A stretch of 64,000 bases of DNA from Candidatus Saccharimonadales bacterium (GTDB lineage Bacteria; Patescibacteriota; Saccharimonadia; Saccharimonadales; EFPC-124), in contig DASTDY010000039.1 in assembly GCA_035710125.1 (NCBI GenBank), positions 6,848-70,847 of the forward strand. Reading direction: 5' to 3'. A program made the translations under genes and the position numbers. Positions 1 to 10,164 of the stretch are shown here, one piece after another (the first letter of the stretch is position 1; each line of letters starts with the position of its first letter). The notes beneath the pieces were generated by a model. That model was not told the origin of the DNA, did not search any database, and saw nothing but the letters and a program-made list of their open reading frames with translations.

Positions 1-2208
1 GTAACTGATTGGGAACGTTAATATAAGCGGGCTACTTTCGTAATAAACGTAGAGCCGTTGGGTAATTTTTTGGGCGCGGTCTGCGTACACAAAATGTTGG
101 GGGCCGGTTTGCAGCGGCAAAATTCCGGCTGAACTAAATGGGTAGGCCGGGTCGTGCATAAACGCGCGGTTAAAGTTGGCTGCGCGGACATTACTGTGGC
201 CTGTTATATTATTTTTGAGCCAGGTAAAGCTGCGTTGGTCGGCGGCATCAGAATAATACAGCCCGTAATATAACCCTTTGTTGTTGAGGCTGAGTGACGG
301 TGACGATCCGCCTAGCGCTTGTGCGATTACCCCAGTAAATAGCAAAAACAAAAAAACTATTCCGCCTGTTGCCAAGCCTGTGCGAAGCCTGGGCTTGAGT
401 GCTTTTGTAGCAAAGACAAGCAGCATGGTAATAGGCAAGAGCAAAAATATTAGTACCTGCTGGAATGCCCGCAACACACCATAATTAACAGATAGAACCG
501 GCATAACTACAATAAGCGCAATTATGCTAAGCCCTGCCAGGCTTAAGCAGATAAAGTCGAGCGGCAGCGTGTGGCTGTGCCGTCTAATAAGTCTGTAAGC
601 AACAAAAGCCACGCCGGCAATTGCCAGCACCTGCAAAACCCTGGCGAATGATTGACGCAAGCTGTTAACGATTGACAGGTTGACACCAAGCGATTCAAGC
701 TGCTTGCCAAGGGCAGTAACGGGCAGGGTATCGTCGGTTAAGATTGGCATAAACTGCGGGTCGCGCGCAGTTTGGGGCACATTGCCCTGGCCAGAATTTT
801 GAAGGTATGATTCGTACAGGTCTACCTGCGATTTCGCATTCGCAAAAAAGAGGGCGGTCGATGTATCTGAGGACCGGTTATCGTCGCCTGTAAATAGTGA
901 TGGAATGTTAGTAACTGCCCTATATACGGTACTAGACAACCCACCGGAGGTTTCTGTAATTTGCGCATACCAGACAAACGTCATTAAGAATAACAATGCT
1001 GCAAATAATGGCGAGAGCACTGTTGGTTTTGGTTTTGGCCGCTGCCCCAAGTGCTTGCGGCTATGCCACCATCTAAATAAGAGCTTGCATACAACCGCAA
1101 CGCCAAACAACGCCACAAACATGTAGGCTGTAGAGTAATGCGACAATATTGCCCCTGCGCTCAACAGTAAAAAGAGGGTCCTGTGCCGCCACTGCTGTGT
1201 TGTTTTAGAAAGCACCAAAATCGCAAGTGCAAAAAACAGGTATGCAATGCCCTGGCGGGTAAGCATGGCAGAGTCGTTAATAAACGTAGGGTAGCAAATA
1301 AACAACAGCGAACCAACGAGCGCCGCCAGCCGTGGGGCATGGCGTCTTAACAGTATAAATACCACAACCCCACACGCTGCAAACATAATTTGGAACACAA
1401 GTTTAAAAACTAATACTCCAGAGATATTGAGCAGGGCGCTCAACATAACAGGCAAAATAGTTATACTTAGGCAGGCATTGTAGGGGTCACGGTCTAGGGC
1501 GATATCCCACCGTTCGTGCTGTACCGCAAGCGTGAATACGCGGAATTCACGCTGGATATCGTGCCCAACGATATCCCAGCCGCGCATAGATGTCATAAGC
1601 AGCACGCCTAGCCCCAAACAAAAAATAAACCATGCCATCACCCCATTTGGCAGTCGCCGCCGCCACAAAAAGATAATCGCAATTAAGAGTGCGGCATATA
1701 CGAGCGCAGCCACGGCCACCACCGGCTCTCCCCCGTTGTTCACTTGCCAGGCCCCAAAAACAGCGCCAATCGGTAGTAACGCGCTGGCTGCGATAACACT
1801 AATGTGCAGGCGGTTTCTTACCCACTTTTTAAACTGTACAGGTTGGCGGTTGGTGTAGATTGCAACCCCAATTAATCCACCGACCATGCCGTTCCATACG
1901 CCCAAGATACCGCTGAGTGTAAGCGGGTTGTTGAACCCAAAAAGTGGCAGCACCACGTTAATCGCCAAGCCCGCCAGCATGAGCACTAAAATGCTCAGCC
2001 CAAAACTATACAGCGCCCCTGCCCACCAGTCTTGGTGTGTGGTTTTAAGAATGCGTAGCAGTGCAAGGCCAGGCAAAAATAATAGGCCGCAAAACGATAC
2101 CAAATTAAATGGCCACGGTTCGGCAATATACGACAAAATAACCGCAGCGTTGGTGGCTAAAAAACCGCCTATTAAAATAAGGGCAATGCGGGCCGGAGAG
2201 AGCGTCAT
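1..2208 (-). CDS. Large polytopic membrane protein; C-terminal end lies beyond the left edge (DUF2206-like, putative glycan polymerase / membrane glycosyl-transfer component)
   Basis: Absent from the ORF track because it runs off the window edge. Hand translation from the ATG at 2208-2206 (TAATG overlap with the stop of the upstream GT4 gene) gives MTLSPARIALILIGGFLATNAAVILSYIAEPWPFNLVSFCGLLFLPGLALLRILKTTHQDWW... No stop was found in the segments I spot-checked (1-60, 481-540, 901-960, 1501-1560, 1999-2208). It has many hydrophobic helices and a GWDIVGHDIQREF-type segment. The + strand ORFs at 278-2308 look like antisense shadows. Confidence 0.75.
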   Translation of the reverse strand, partial: MTLSPARIALILIGGFLATNAAVILSYIAEPWPFNLVSFCGLLFLPGLALLRILKTTHQDWWAGALYSFGLSILVLMLAGLAINVVLPLFGFNNPLTLSGILGVWNGMVGGLIGVAIYTNRQPVQFKKWVRNRLHISVIAASALLPIGAVFGAWQVNNGGEPVVAVAALVYAALLIAIIFLWRRRLPNGVMAWFIFCLGLGVLLMTSMRGWDIVGHDIQREFRVFTLAVQHERWDIALDRDPYNACLSITILPVMLSALLNISGVLVFKLVFQIMFAACGVVVFILLRRHAPRLAALVGSLLFICYPTFINDSAMLTRQGIAYLFFALAILVLSKTTQQWRHRTLFLLLSAGAILSHYSTAYMFVALFGVAVVCKLLFRWWHSRKHLGQRPKPKPTVLSPLFAALLFLMTFVWYAQITETSGGLSSTVYRAVTNIPSLFTGDDNRSSDTSTALFFANAKSQVDLYESYLQNSGQGNVPQTARDPQFMPILTDDTLPVTALGKQLESLGVNLSIVNSLRQSFARVLQVLAIAGVAFVAYRLIRRHSHTLPLDFICLSLAGLSIIALIVVMPVLSVNYGVLRAFQQVLIFLLLPITMLLVFATKALKPRLRTGLATGGIVFLFLLFTGVIAQALGGSSPSLSLNNKGLYYGLYYSDAADQRSFTWLKNNITGHSNVRAANFNRAFMHDPAYPFSSAGILPLQTGPQHFVYADRAQKITQRLYVYYESSPLILTFPISY

Positions 2209-3317
2209 TATGCTGCAACCTCGTCGTAAAGTGCCTGGTAGCGCAAAATGGTGTGCGGCCAGTCCATGCGCAAGGCGGCATCGTAGCCTTGCTGTACGTT
2301 GCTCTTAAGTGATTGGTATTGTGTGAAGAACTGGTCAATGCCATCCTTCAGGCCGTTTATGGTAGGCTCTACAATAATTGCGGCATTTTGCAGGTGCTCT
2401 GCGACGCCAACTACATTGGTGCCAATAATCGGGATGCGTGCAGCCATTGCCTCGAGCAACACCAGGGGCTGGGCTTCGTACAACGACGGCATTATAAGCG
2501 CATCGTGCGATTCGTAAAACGGCAGCACGTCTTTTCTGTCTAGCCGGCCGTGCAGTGTGACGTTTTTTAGTTTTAGCGTTTTTATAAGTTTTTTTATGGT
2601 GGGCAACTCTTCCCCGTCGCCAATGATGTCGAGCTGTACTTTTCGATTAGTCCCTTCAATTGCATGAAGTAACGTTGGCAAGTTTTTTTGCTTACTCAGC
2701 CGGCCAACGTACAGCAGCTTAAGTGTGTCGGGTGGCGTTTTTGGCAAGTCGGCACGTGTAACCCCAAAATATGCATTGTCTATGCCGTTGGGCAAGATGC
2801 GCAGTGGCCCCTTGTAGCCGTAAAATTTACGGACCATGTCGGCGTTTTTTTGGTTTAGCACCACTACGGCGCTTGCCCCGCGCAGCACCGGTTTTAATAC
2901 GAAGCGTTTATATAGTGGGAGTAAAAATCCGGCCGCGCCAGATGGTTCAAAGTCTATGTGTAGTTGTGCTATATAGCGGTATCTACGCAATTTAGATGCC
3001 AGCCAGACCATTTCTGGCGTAAATGCCTGGCCAATGTGCAAATGCACGATAGAGCCAGGCCGTGCGCGTTTAAAAAGCGTTGGTAAAAAATGTGGCATAA
3101 TTGGCGCGTGTCCGAACACAAATCCGCCCAAGCGGTGTACTTTTACGTTGCGTTCTGCGGTGGTGCCTTGTGTGCCACCGCCTTCGGCAGAGGTAATAAC
3201 ATCAACGGTGTGGCCAGCCTGCGCTAACTGGTTGGCTAGGCTTTGTACGGCGTACTCTTGCCCGCCTAGGTGGGGTGGATAATAGGCGCTAATTTGTAAA
3301 ACATGTCGCTTGCTCAT
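2208..3317 (-). CDS. Glycosyltransferase family 4 (GT-B fold)
   Basis: 369 aa. N-terminal ISAYYPPHLGGQEY and C-terminal MPSLYEAQPLVLLEAMAARIPIIGT are typical of GT4. 4-bp overlap with the upstream gene. Confidence 0.85.
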   Translation of the reverse strand: MSKRHVLQISAYYPPHLGGQEYAVQSLANQLAQAGHTVDVITSAEGGGTQGTTAERNVKVHRLGGFVFGHAPIMPHFLPTLFKRARPGSIVHLHIGQAFTPEMVWLASKLRRYRYIAQLHIDFEPSGAAGFLLPLYKRFVLKPVLRGASAVVVLNQKNADMVRKFYGYKGPLRILPNGIDNAYFGVTRADLPKTPPDTLKLLYVGRLSKQKNLPTLLHAIEGTNRKVQLDIIGDGEELPTIKKLIKTLKLKNVTLHGRLDRKDVLPFYESHDALIMPSLYEAQPLVLLEAMAARIPIIGTNVVGVAEHLQNAAIIVEPTINGLKDGIDQFFTQYQSLKSNVQQGYDAALRMDWPHTILRYQALYDEVAA

Positions 3318-4426
3318 ACAACAACACTCCTGTAAACCTTGTCTGCTTGCAATGCAATATGTGGCCAGGCATACTGTGCAACTTGCTGTTTGCCGCTATC
3401 AGCAATAAGCCGGCGCAACGCGTGGTTCGTCATGAGCTCGGCCATGGCGTCGGCTAGCGCTGATTCATTTTTTAGAGGTACAATATGCACAGCCTTAAAA
3501 TCTTCGGGTGCGTCGCGCACAATACCGACAGGCGTAGAAATAACAGGAACGCCCATAGACCAGGCTTCTAGCAGCGTGAGTGGCGTGGTTTCGTATAACG
3601 ATGCAAACACAGCTGCGTCTGCTGTGGCCAAAATATGGCGCGTTTCTTCGGGCGTGCGGTTGCCAACAAATTGTACAAAATCACTCACGCCAAGGTCTTT
3701 TACGAGCCTTTGTAAAGAGGCTAGCCGCGATCCCTTGCCCACAATGGTAATGCGGAACGGCGCAACGCCCCGGTCGCGCAACGTTGCCGCTGCACAAATA
3801 AGGTAATTCAACCCTTTTTGTTGCTCTAACCTGCCAACAGATACAAAGTGGAATGACTGGTCTTGCCGCGGGATTGGCTCTGCTCTCCAAAAAATATCGT
3901 CGATGCCATTGGGCAGTAACAGCGTTTGTTCCAGGCCACCATGTTTAAGCTTTGACACGTCATAATTATTAGGGGCAGTCACTCGTGCTGGGCGAGTTTG
4001 CTTGGCCAGCCACAGTTCAGTCATTCGCCTAAGCTTTGACTGGTTCGTGTCGTAAAAGGTCACAATATGGAACGTGTGCACAATTGGCACCTTATAAAAC
4101 CTTGCTGCAAAAGATGCAAAAAACGCCATATCTACCGAATGGGTATGGATAACCTGTGGCCGCTCCTTGCGGATAATGGCAAACATAGAAAAAAGCAGCC
4201 CTAACAGCGAAAGTATACGCTTAGGCGTAATAGCGTCTAACCGCGACGACGAATCCCTTAAGCCGAATTTATAAATATTCGGCGCCTGGATAATCTCTTG
4301 GCAATTAGAGGTGACGATTGCCACTTGATGGCCAGCGGCTTCTTGTTGGCGATGCAAATTATGCACCACAATCGCGTCGCCCCCGAGGGCACGCGGGTAT
4401 TTTTTGGTAACGTGCAGGATTTTCAA
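3314..4426 (-). CDS. Glycosyltransferase family 4
   Basis: 370 aa. KKYPRALGGDAIVV near the N-terminus and FASLYETTPLTLLEAWSMGVPVIST near the C-terminus. 4-bp overlaps on both sides. Confidence 0.85.
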   Translation of the reverse strand: MKILHVTKKYPRALGGDAIVVHNLHRQQEAAGHQVAIVTSNCQEIIQAPNIYKFGLRDSSSRLDAITPKRILSLLGLLFSMFAIIRKERPQVIHTHSVDMAFFASFAARFYKVPIVHTFHIVTFYDTNQSKLRRMTELWLAKQTRPARVTAPNNYDVSKLKHGGLEQTLLLPNGIDDIFWRAEPIPRQDQSFHFVSVGRLEQQKGLNYLICAAATLRDRGVAPFRITIVGKGSRLASLQRLVKDLGVSDFVQFVGNRTPEETRHILATADAAVFASLYETTPLTLLEAWSMGVPVISTPVGIVRDAPEDFKAVHIVPLKNESALADAMAELMTNHALRRLIADSGKQQVAQYAWPHIALQADKVYRSVVV

Positions 4427-6285
4427 GAGGTATATACCTCGGCTAATTGGCGCGCCAAATTCTGCCAGTCATGGGCGGGCATGTGCGAAGCTATATTTGG
4501 TTTTTGCTCTGCCGCCGTCCATTTTAGGATTGCATTGGCAATCATTACAGAGTCTACAGAGGTAATGGTGCCATTTTGCCCATCTTTAATTAAGTGCCGG
4601 GCGGCGTTGCCTGGACTGTCAGACGTTATGACCGGCGTTCCGCAGCCGAGCGCCTCGAGCACTGCGATCCCAAAACCTTCACGCACAGATGGGGTACAAA
4701 ATACTTTGGCTGCTTTCATATATGAGTACACTTCCATAGCGGTTGGCAATGGATCCATAAACGTTATGTTTTGGTCAACAGCAAGGTTTGCCGCCTTGCG
4801 TTCCAACGCCTCACGCTCTGGGCCTTGGCCAATTATAATACACTCAAACATCGGATGGTCTTTGGCGATAATCGCCACAGCATCAACCAATGCGTCTACA
4901 TTTTTGTCTTTAACGAGGCGGCCAATGTAAATAACATCGCAGGTTACTGGTGCGGGTTTTACTTTTTGCAGCATAGATAAATCTATGCCAGAGGCTACAA
5001 CTTGCACCTGGTTTTCGCGGCCATGGATTGTAGCCAACGACTCCTTTGTTTGGGCTGAGGCCGCTATGATGTTGTTTGGCAACTTGGTGCTCAGGCGTTC
5101 TATTGCCGATGCAATGACCCCAGCTTGTTGCATGTAGTTGACCCATTCTTTGCGGGACAGCGCCTCGTGCCAGGTGGCAAAGAACCGGCGGCGGCGCAAA
5201 CGGCAGACAACCCAGGTGGTAAAGACTGGGAAAAACGGCATGTGGTCTACATCTAAGATGTCAAATTGCACACGGATAAGCTTAAAGCAGGCCAAGCTAA
5301 ACATAATCGCTTCTTTTATTGTTCGCTTGTCGCCCTTGTACATAGGGTAATATTTACTGATTGCGTGCAAAGTAACGCCGTTTTCTGTTTTTGTTTTGCG
5401 CGGATCGTCCCACCAGTGCATGGTGTAAATGTGTACATCATGGCCCATAGCGGCCAAGTGTTTGGTAATTTCGTATAGGCGCTTTTCTTTGCCGCCCTTC
5501 ATGTAAGGGTAGATTGCGTCGCTAACAAACACAATTTTGCGCGGTTGTTGCGGTGTTTCTGTACCTTTTGGCCGCCAGAACAGGTTGCCCAGCAACACTA
5601 AAAGAATTTTAAAGCCGTCTCTAAACGGGTGGAGGTTAGACTGTGTGTCGCGCCGGTTGTAGCTAATCGGCACCGATGCAATATATTGGCCGAGCCGGGC
5701 CATTTTGGTGACCATTTCCATTTCTATGGCGAAACCAGGACTTTTTATGTGCGGCGCGAGCTGGTCGAGCGAGGACTTTTTCCAGGCAAAGTAACCAGTT
5801 AGAATATCGGTGGTTTTGGTGCCGTACAGTATACGCACTGCGAGGGTAAAAAGTTGGTTGCCAAACCGGTTTAGGCGGCTCATGGCGGCTTTGTGGATTT
5901 TGCCTCCAAGCCGCGACCCAATAACTACATCGCAAAAATTACTTTTTAGTGGTTCGAGCAAACGAAGCATTTCTGCCGCGTTGTAAGTGTCGTCGCCATC
6001 GAGCATTACCACGTAGTCCGTGTCTGGCGGCACGCTTTTAAAACCGGTGCGAAGCGCGTTGCCCTTGCCTTTTTGTGGCTCGTGCACCACTACTGCCCCT
6101 GCTTTTTTGGCGATAGTTGCGGTGTTGTCTGTGGAGTTGTTGTCTATAACTAAAATGGTCGTTTCTACACCTTGCTTGTGCAGCTTGTCTTTTGGAATTC
6201 TTTTAATGACCTTCGCAATGCTTTCGGCTTCGTTGTAACACGGGATCACTACTGCGACCTTCTCTGTTCTGTGGCTAGGCTGCAT
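4423..6285 (-). CDS. Fusion glycosyltransferase: N-terminal GT2 (polyprenyl-phosphate sugar synthase-like) plus C-terminal GT4
   Basis: 620 aa. VAVVIPCYNEAESI and VMLDGDDTY (GT2 DxD) in the first ~230 aa, then KIVFVSDAIYPYMKGGKEKR ... TPSVREGFGIAVLEALGCGTPVITS (GT4). Confidence 0.8.
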   Translation of the reverse strand: MQPSHRTEKVAVVIPCYNEAESIAKVIKRIPKDKLHKQGVETTILVIDNNSTDNTATIAKKAGAVVVHEPQKGKGNALRTGFKSVPPDTDYVVMLDGDDTYNAAEMLRLLEPLKSNFCDVVIGSRLGGKIHKAAMSRLNRFGNQLFTLAVRILYGTKTTDILTGYFAWKKSSLDQLAPHIKSPGFAIEMEMVTKMARLGQYIASVPISYNRRDTQSNLHPFRDGFKILLVLLGNLFWRPKGTETPQQPRKIVFVSDAIYPYMKGGKEKRLYEITKHLAAMGHDVHIYTMHWWDDPRKTKTENGVTLHAISKYYPMYKGDKRTIKEAIMFSLACFKLIRVQFDILDVDHMPFFPVFTTWVVCRLRRRRFFATWHEALSRKEWVNYMQQAGVIASAIERLSTKLPNNIIAASAQTKESLATIHGRENQVQVVASGIDLSMLQKVKPAPVTCDVIYIGRLVKDKNVDALVDAVAIIAKDHPMFECIIIGQGPEREALERKAANLAVDQNITFMDPLPTAMEVYSYMKAAKVFCTPSVREGFGIAVLEALGCGTPVITSDSPGNAARHLIKDGQNGTITSVDSVMIANAILKWTAAEQKPNIASHMPAHDWQNLARQLAEVYTS

Positions 6286-6823
6286 GCAAGGCCTCCTTTA
6301 TGTGTGCAACTGTAATCCAGTAATGGATAGTTTGAGTTTGGGGTGTAGGCTGCGCGCGGGCAGGTTCCGAGCCATGCTCTAGCTCCACCCGTACCTGCAT
6401 TCTGCCTTTTGTGTGAGGCAGGGTGACCTGCTCGGTTAAGATTTGTGTATTGGTGTGGGCTAGCGTAATATTGCCAGTTTTAAGCACGTAGTCATTGTTT
6501 TGGGCGGTGGCTACAATTTTAAAGCGGTAGCCTACTGTCCGGTGTTCTAGGTTACGGACCAAAAACACCAAGGTTTGCACGCCACCTGCTTGCGCTGTGT
6601 GTTGTACGCCCTGCGTAAAGTAGAGTTCGGTGAGTGGTTCGGGTTGGGGTAGGAGTTTCCAGTCGTTCAGTTGCGCGGCTATGTCGTCTCGACACCAAAA
6701 CAGCACGCCAACAATGACGCAAGCACTCGCGATACACAACCATGTTTCAAGTGGTTTAATGGCTAGCTCCTGTAAGTGACTTTCAGTAATACGGGGTACA
6801 CCGTTGTAGGCCACTACCTGCAA
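6275..6823 (-). CDS. Hypothetical membrane-anchored protein of the glycan locus
   Basis: 182 aa ORF with a TTG start and one TM helix (WLCIASACVIVGVLFWC) followed by a beta-rich domain. 11-bp overlap with the downstream GT2-GT4 gene. The start codon is uncertain. Confidence 0.55.
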   Translation of the reverse strand: MQVVAYNGVPRITESHLQELAIKPLETWLCIASACVIVGVLFWCRDDIAAQLNDWKLLPQPEPLTELYFTQGVQHTAQAGGVQTLVFLVRNLEHRTVGYRFKIVATAQNNDYVLKTGNITLAHTNTQILTEQVTLPHTKGRMQVRVELEHGSEPARAQPTPQTQTIHYWITVAHIKEALHAA

Positions 6824-6905
6824 TGTAGCTAAAAGATATTATCTAAAAATTAAATGAGTTCATTTTTCATATAAGTTTAATATTAAGTTTATATACTTTT
6901 TAACA

Positions 6906-7133
6906 ATGAAGCGAATTATTAGTGCGCTTAGCTTTACTGTGTTTGTATTTGGGTTCGCAGGATGGGTTTACATTGCCAACAATGCAGTCCATCATCCCGA
7001 AACATTAGCATTGCCACTAACCCACATGCTGCCGTTTCCGCGCGAAGACCAGTTTGCAATAGCGTGTTATGCACTTTCTTTTATAGCACTATTTACTTAT
7101 ATGTATTTGCGAGATGATAAAACAAAGAGTTAA
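6906..7133 (+). CDS. Small two-TM membrane protein
   Basis: 75 aa with two hydrophobic helices. Lies downstream of an AT-rich divergent promoter region (6824-6905) and overlaps the next gene by 20 bp. Confidence 0.45.
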   Translation: MKRIISALSFTVFVFGFAGWVYIANNAVHHPETLALPLTHMLPFPREDQFAIACYALSFIALFTYMYLRDDKTKS

Positions 7134-8274
7134 TTGCTGGTTGGCTGCCCTTGCGCTGTGTCTTGTGTGCGTGCCTGTTATGCCTGTTTCGGCTGCTACG
7201 CGTCACGAGACGGGTATTTCGACTAGTGGTAGCCTGGTCGGCCTGCCGCATGACCAGCTAGATCAGCGTTTAGCCGATATTAAAGAACTTGGTGCAGTGT
7301 GGATACGGGTAGATTTTAGCTGGCCAGTCATACAGCCCGATAACGCCCAAGGGTACGAGTGGAGCCCATACGACTACCTTATACGGCGCGCCGACGCCCA
7401 CGGTCTAAAGATTTTAGCAGTGCTCGCCTACACGCCAGGTTGGGCACAAGACCAACAATGTGCCCAAGTTACGAAGTCTGCCGCGAGGGCCCAAAAATGC
7501 CCACCTCAGACTGTTGATTCGTTTGCACGGTTTGCGCGAGCTGCATCAATGAGATACGCAGGCACTAATGTCCGCGCCTGGGAGATCTGGAACGAGCCAA
7601 ATTCTACAGTGTATTTCCGTACCCCGCAGCAAGGCTCAGTGCTGGCTGTGAACCCCCGAAAATACGCGCAGCTGGCAAATGCGGCGGCGCTCGAAATCCG
7701 CAACCATTATAAAGATTCGGTAATTATTACGGGTGGACTGTCGCCAATGTTTGAACCTCATCCAAGCCGTGCTATGCGCCAAAGCGATTACCTTGACCAG
7801 CTACTCCCCCATTTACGGCCTGATCTATACGACGCTGTGGGGATCCATCCTTACAGTTGGCCCGTGCGGCCAAGCAAAGTAGCCGACTATAACGCGTTTT
7901 ACACCGTAGATAACGGTAAGCCCGAATACAACCTGCGGACAATCATGGGCAAGCATGGGTGGGGTGGCAAAGAAATTTGGGCAACAGAGTACGGTGCAAG
8001 CACCAAAGGGTTAATCAGTACGCCGCGGCCAAGCAAAGCACTTCGCCCCGACCACGTAAGCGAGCCAGCACAAGCAAGTTTGATCGGCGAAGGTGTTAAA
8101 GAGTGGTATAAAAAGCAAAATGTCGGGCCTTTGTTTGTGCATTCAGACAGCGACCGTTGGCTTAAAAATAACAAAAATGAGCACGGATTTGGGCTCCGCA
8201 GGGTAGACGACACTAAAAAACCAGCTTATTTTGAATTTCAAGAGGCGGCGCAAGGTTTGCGCACTAGCCTATAA
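7114..8274 (+). CDS. Secreted glycoside hydrolase, clan GH-A TIM barrel (GH5/GH39-like)
   Basis: 386 aa. Signal peptide (LAALALCLVCVPVMPVSAAT), WEIWNEPN acid/base motif and WATEYG nucleophile motif. Confidence 0.75.
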   Translation: MIKQRVNCWLAALALCLVCVPVMPVSAATRHETGISTSGSLVGLPHDQLDQRLADIKELGAVWIRVDFSWPVIQPDNAQGYEWSPYDYLIRRADAHGLKILAVLAYTPGWAQDQQCAQVTKSAARAQKCPPQTVDSFARFARAASMRYAGTNVRAWEIWNEPNSTVYFRTPQQGSVLAVNPRKYAQLANAAALEIRNHYKDSVIITGGLSPMFEPHPSRAMRQSDYLDQLLPHLRPDLYDAVGIHPYSWPVRPSKVADYNAFYTVDNGKPEYNLRTIMGKHGWGGKEIWATEYGASTKGLISTPRPSKALRPDHVSEPAQASLIGEGVKEWYKKQNVGPLFVHSDSDRWLKNNKNEHGFGLRRVDDTKKPAYFEFQEAAQGLRTSL

Positions 8275-8319
8275 AGTTGTAGAATAAGCACGAACCTACA
8301 GTCAGCCGTAAGGGGTAGC

Positions 8320-8691
8320 GTGGACAACCAAACGGGCAACGAGCTGCAGCGGACGCTGTTCAAGGCCGTGCTGTCGGAGTCCGACCCATCGCTTTCGTTC
8401 GACGACCTCGAGTCGTTGTGCAACGAGCGAGTCGCCGATTGGCTCGTTGTCAACACACCACAATTAAAGGCAATGGCGGCGGTGGCCGAGGCTGGCCTAC
8501 TGCTCAAGCGCCATAGCCTTGTGCTCATGAGAGTGAGCATATTGCAAGAGCTAGATAAGCTGCTGCCAGCATGGAAGCGGTGGTTCGAAGACTACCCATG
8601 CGTTGGTGATCTAACCAGCAACAGGGGCATTTTGCGAGCGGAGTTTATCGTCCGGCTCCAAAGGCTCGCCACGCTGGCCGAGGGTTTGTGA
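8320..8691 (+). CDS. Hypothetical protein (GC-rich cassette)
   Basis: 123 aa with a GTG start preceded by TAAGGGG. GC-rich, no motif recognised. Confidence 0.5.
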   Translation: MDNQTGNELQRTLFKAVLSESDPSLSFDDLESLCNERVADWLVVNTPQLKAMAAVAEAGLLLKRHSLVLMRVSILQELDKLLPAWKRWFEDYPCVGDLTSNRGILRAEFIVRLQRLATLAEGL

Positions 8692-8748
8692 CGGGGCCCG
8701 GGCAATCGCTCGGGCTCCAACCCTTTTTTATAATTGTAAACATGGAAC

Positions 8749-8784
8749 AGCCCAGACCCCTCAAGAAGGAGCCTGGGCTTTTTG
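8749..8784 (+). terminator. Hairpin plus T-run between the convergent 8320-8691 ORF and the P450 gene
   Basis: AGCCCAG (8749-8755) pairs with CTGGGCT (8773-8779), followed by TTTTT. Confidence 0.4.
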
Positions 8785-8799
8785 GAGAGCGGGTTATGT

Positions 8800-10083
8800 T
8801 CACGTCGCCCCTGAACTCGCCGGTTGCAGGCGCACCAGTGTGTTGAAATGACGGAAAGTCATGGCGTACACCATGCGGTTGTCGTTTGGATGCACTCGTT
8901 CCCAACTTTCGAACTGTTGCAGCATCTGCACCATGACCAGCGCGGTGAACACCCTGGCCATGTCTTCGCCGATGCACTTGCGCGCTCCCATGCCGAACGG
9001 CGCGTCCGACAGGCGGTCTTTACCGTGGAACGGTTCCCTGCGGTGCATCCCCAGAAGCGACACGAAGATATACGCGCCCTTTGGGATCAGCTGGCCGTCC
9101 AACTCAAACCATGGGTCGGCCTCTACGAACCTAAAGTACTGCGAGAACGACGGGTTGTCGTGCAGCACCTCTTGCAGGAACTCCTGGAGCAAAGGGAGAT
9201 GTGCAAGGTCTTCAAGGGTTGGCTGCCGGTTACCGATACGTTGTGCGATTTCGGCGCGTAGTTCGGCAAACCGGTAATCGGCGGCTGCGACCGCAATGCA
9301 GGCTTCCGACAGCCAGATTGCACTGCTGTCGAACCCCGCCATGACCGCGGTAGAAACTTGATTGTGCACTTGCGACCGTGTCAGCTTTTTAGACGCAATC
9401 AGTTTGCCGAGCAGGTCTTGTGGTTCAGAAGTATCGCCCGCAATGTGACGCTCGGCAATCTCTGCGGTGCGGGTGTCGATAATTTGGTACACCGCGCGGT
9501 CGAAGGCGGCTATTGCCCTCGCGTATTTGCGGGCACCAGGCACCCAGGCTGGCAGAAAAATGCGTTGCGCCATGCCCTCGAACACAGGGTTCACCAGGCG
9601 TACCAGCCCGCGCACTTGGCCGCCAGATGCGTGCGAACCAAACAGATGCTTGAGCAGAATCTCTAATCCGAGCTGCTTGAACTGCTCGAACAGATCGACT
9701 GTCTCTGGCCACTCGCGCAGCCGCTGGGCTGTGGTGCGGGTGGTCTCTTGTGCTACGGCTTGCATGGCCGCATGCGCGAACGCGGGGTTCATGAGCGTCC
9801 GCAGGGTTTTCCAGAGCGACCGGTCGGCGGTGGTGAATAGGCCATCTGGGCCTAGTGCCCGCGCGATCAGTCGGTAAATCCATCCACCCTTTGTGAGTTG
9901 GTTGGGTTGGTTGGTGACGGTGCGGACCAGATCTGGCCGCGTGACTACCCAGAACCGGCGGCCAAACGGCCACGGGAACGGAGCAAGGCCACCTGCACGG
10001 TTGCCAAGCCGTGCAATCTTGACCGGAACCTTTGCGAGCACCACTTCAAGCGGGCTACGACGGGGACGTTTGGTGTTGCGCAT
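8800..10083 (-). CDS. Cytochrome P450 (atypical; GC-rich cassette)
   Basis: Heme-thiolate loop FGMGARKCIG and I-helix-like MAGFDSSAIW. ATG at 10083 is preceded by CGAGGAGGGCAC (strong RBS), so I trim the 453-aa track ORF to 427 aa. Clearly more GC-rich than the adjacent MFS gene. Confidence 0.85.
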   Translation of the reverse strand: MRNTKRPRRSPLEVVLAKVPVKIARLGNRAGGLAPFPWPFGRRFWVVTRPDLVRTVTNQPNQLTKGGWIYRLIARALGPDGLFTTADRSLWKTLRTLMNPAFAHAAMQAVAQETTRTTAQRLREWPETVDLFEQFKQLGLEILLKHLFGSHASGGQVRGLVRLVNPVFEGMAQRIFLPAWVPGARKYARAIAAFDRAVYQIIDTRTAEIAERHIAGDTSEPQDLLGKLIASKKLTRSQVHNQVSTAVMAGFDSSAIWLSEACIAVAAADYRFAELRAEIAQRIGNRQPTLEDLAHLPLLQEFLQEVLHDNPSFSQYFRFVEADPWFELDGQLIPKGAYIFVSLLGMHRREPFHGKDRLSDAPFGMGARKCIGEDMARVFTALVMVQMLQQFESWERVHPNDNRMVYAMTFRHFNTLVRLQPASSGAT

Positions 10084-10164
10084 GTGCCCTCCTCGCTCTT
10101 CAGAAGAACGGCTGCGGCAAAAACCGCTGCGTGTCACAATAATACTGCCGATTGCAGCCAAAAA

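Noticed and set aside
278-2308. Plus-strand ORFs 278-484, 905-1126, 1532-1858 and 1886-2308.
   Set aside because: They lie antisense to a continuous minus-strand membrane-protein frame that runs off the window edge, and their sequences look non-protein-like.
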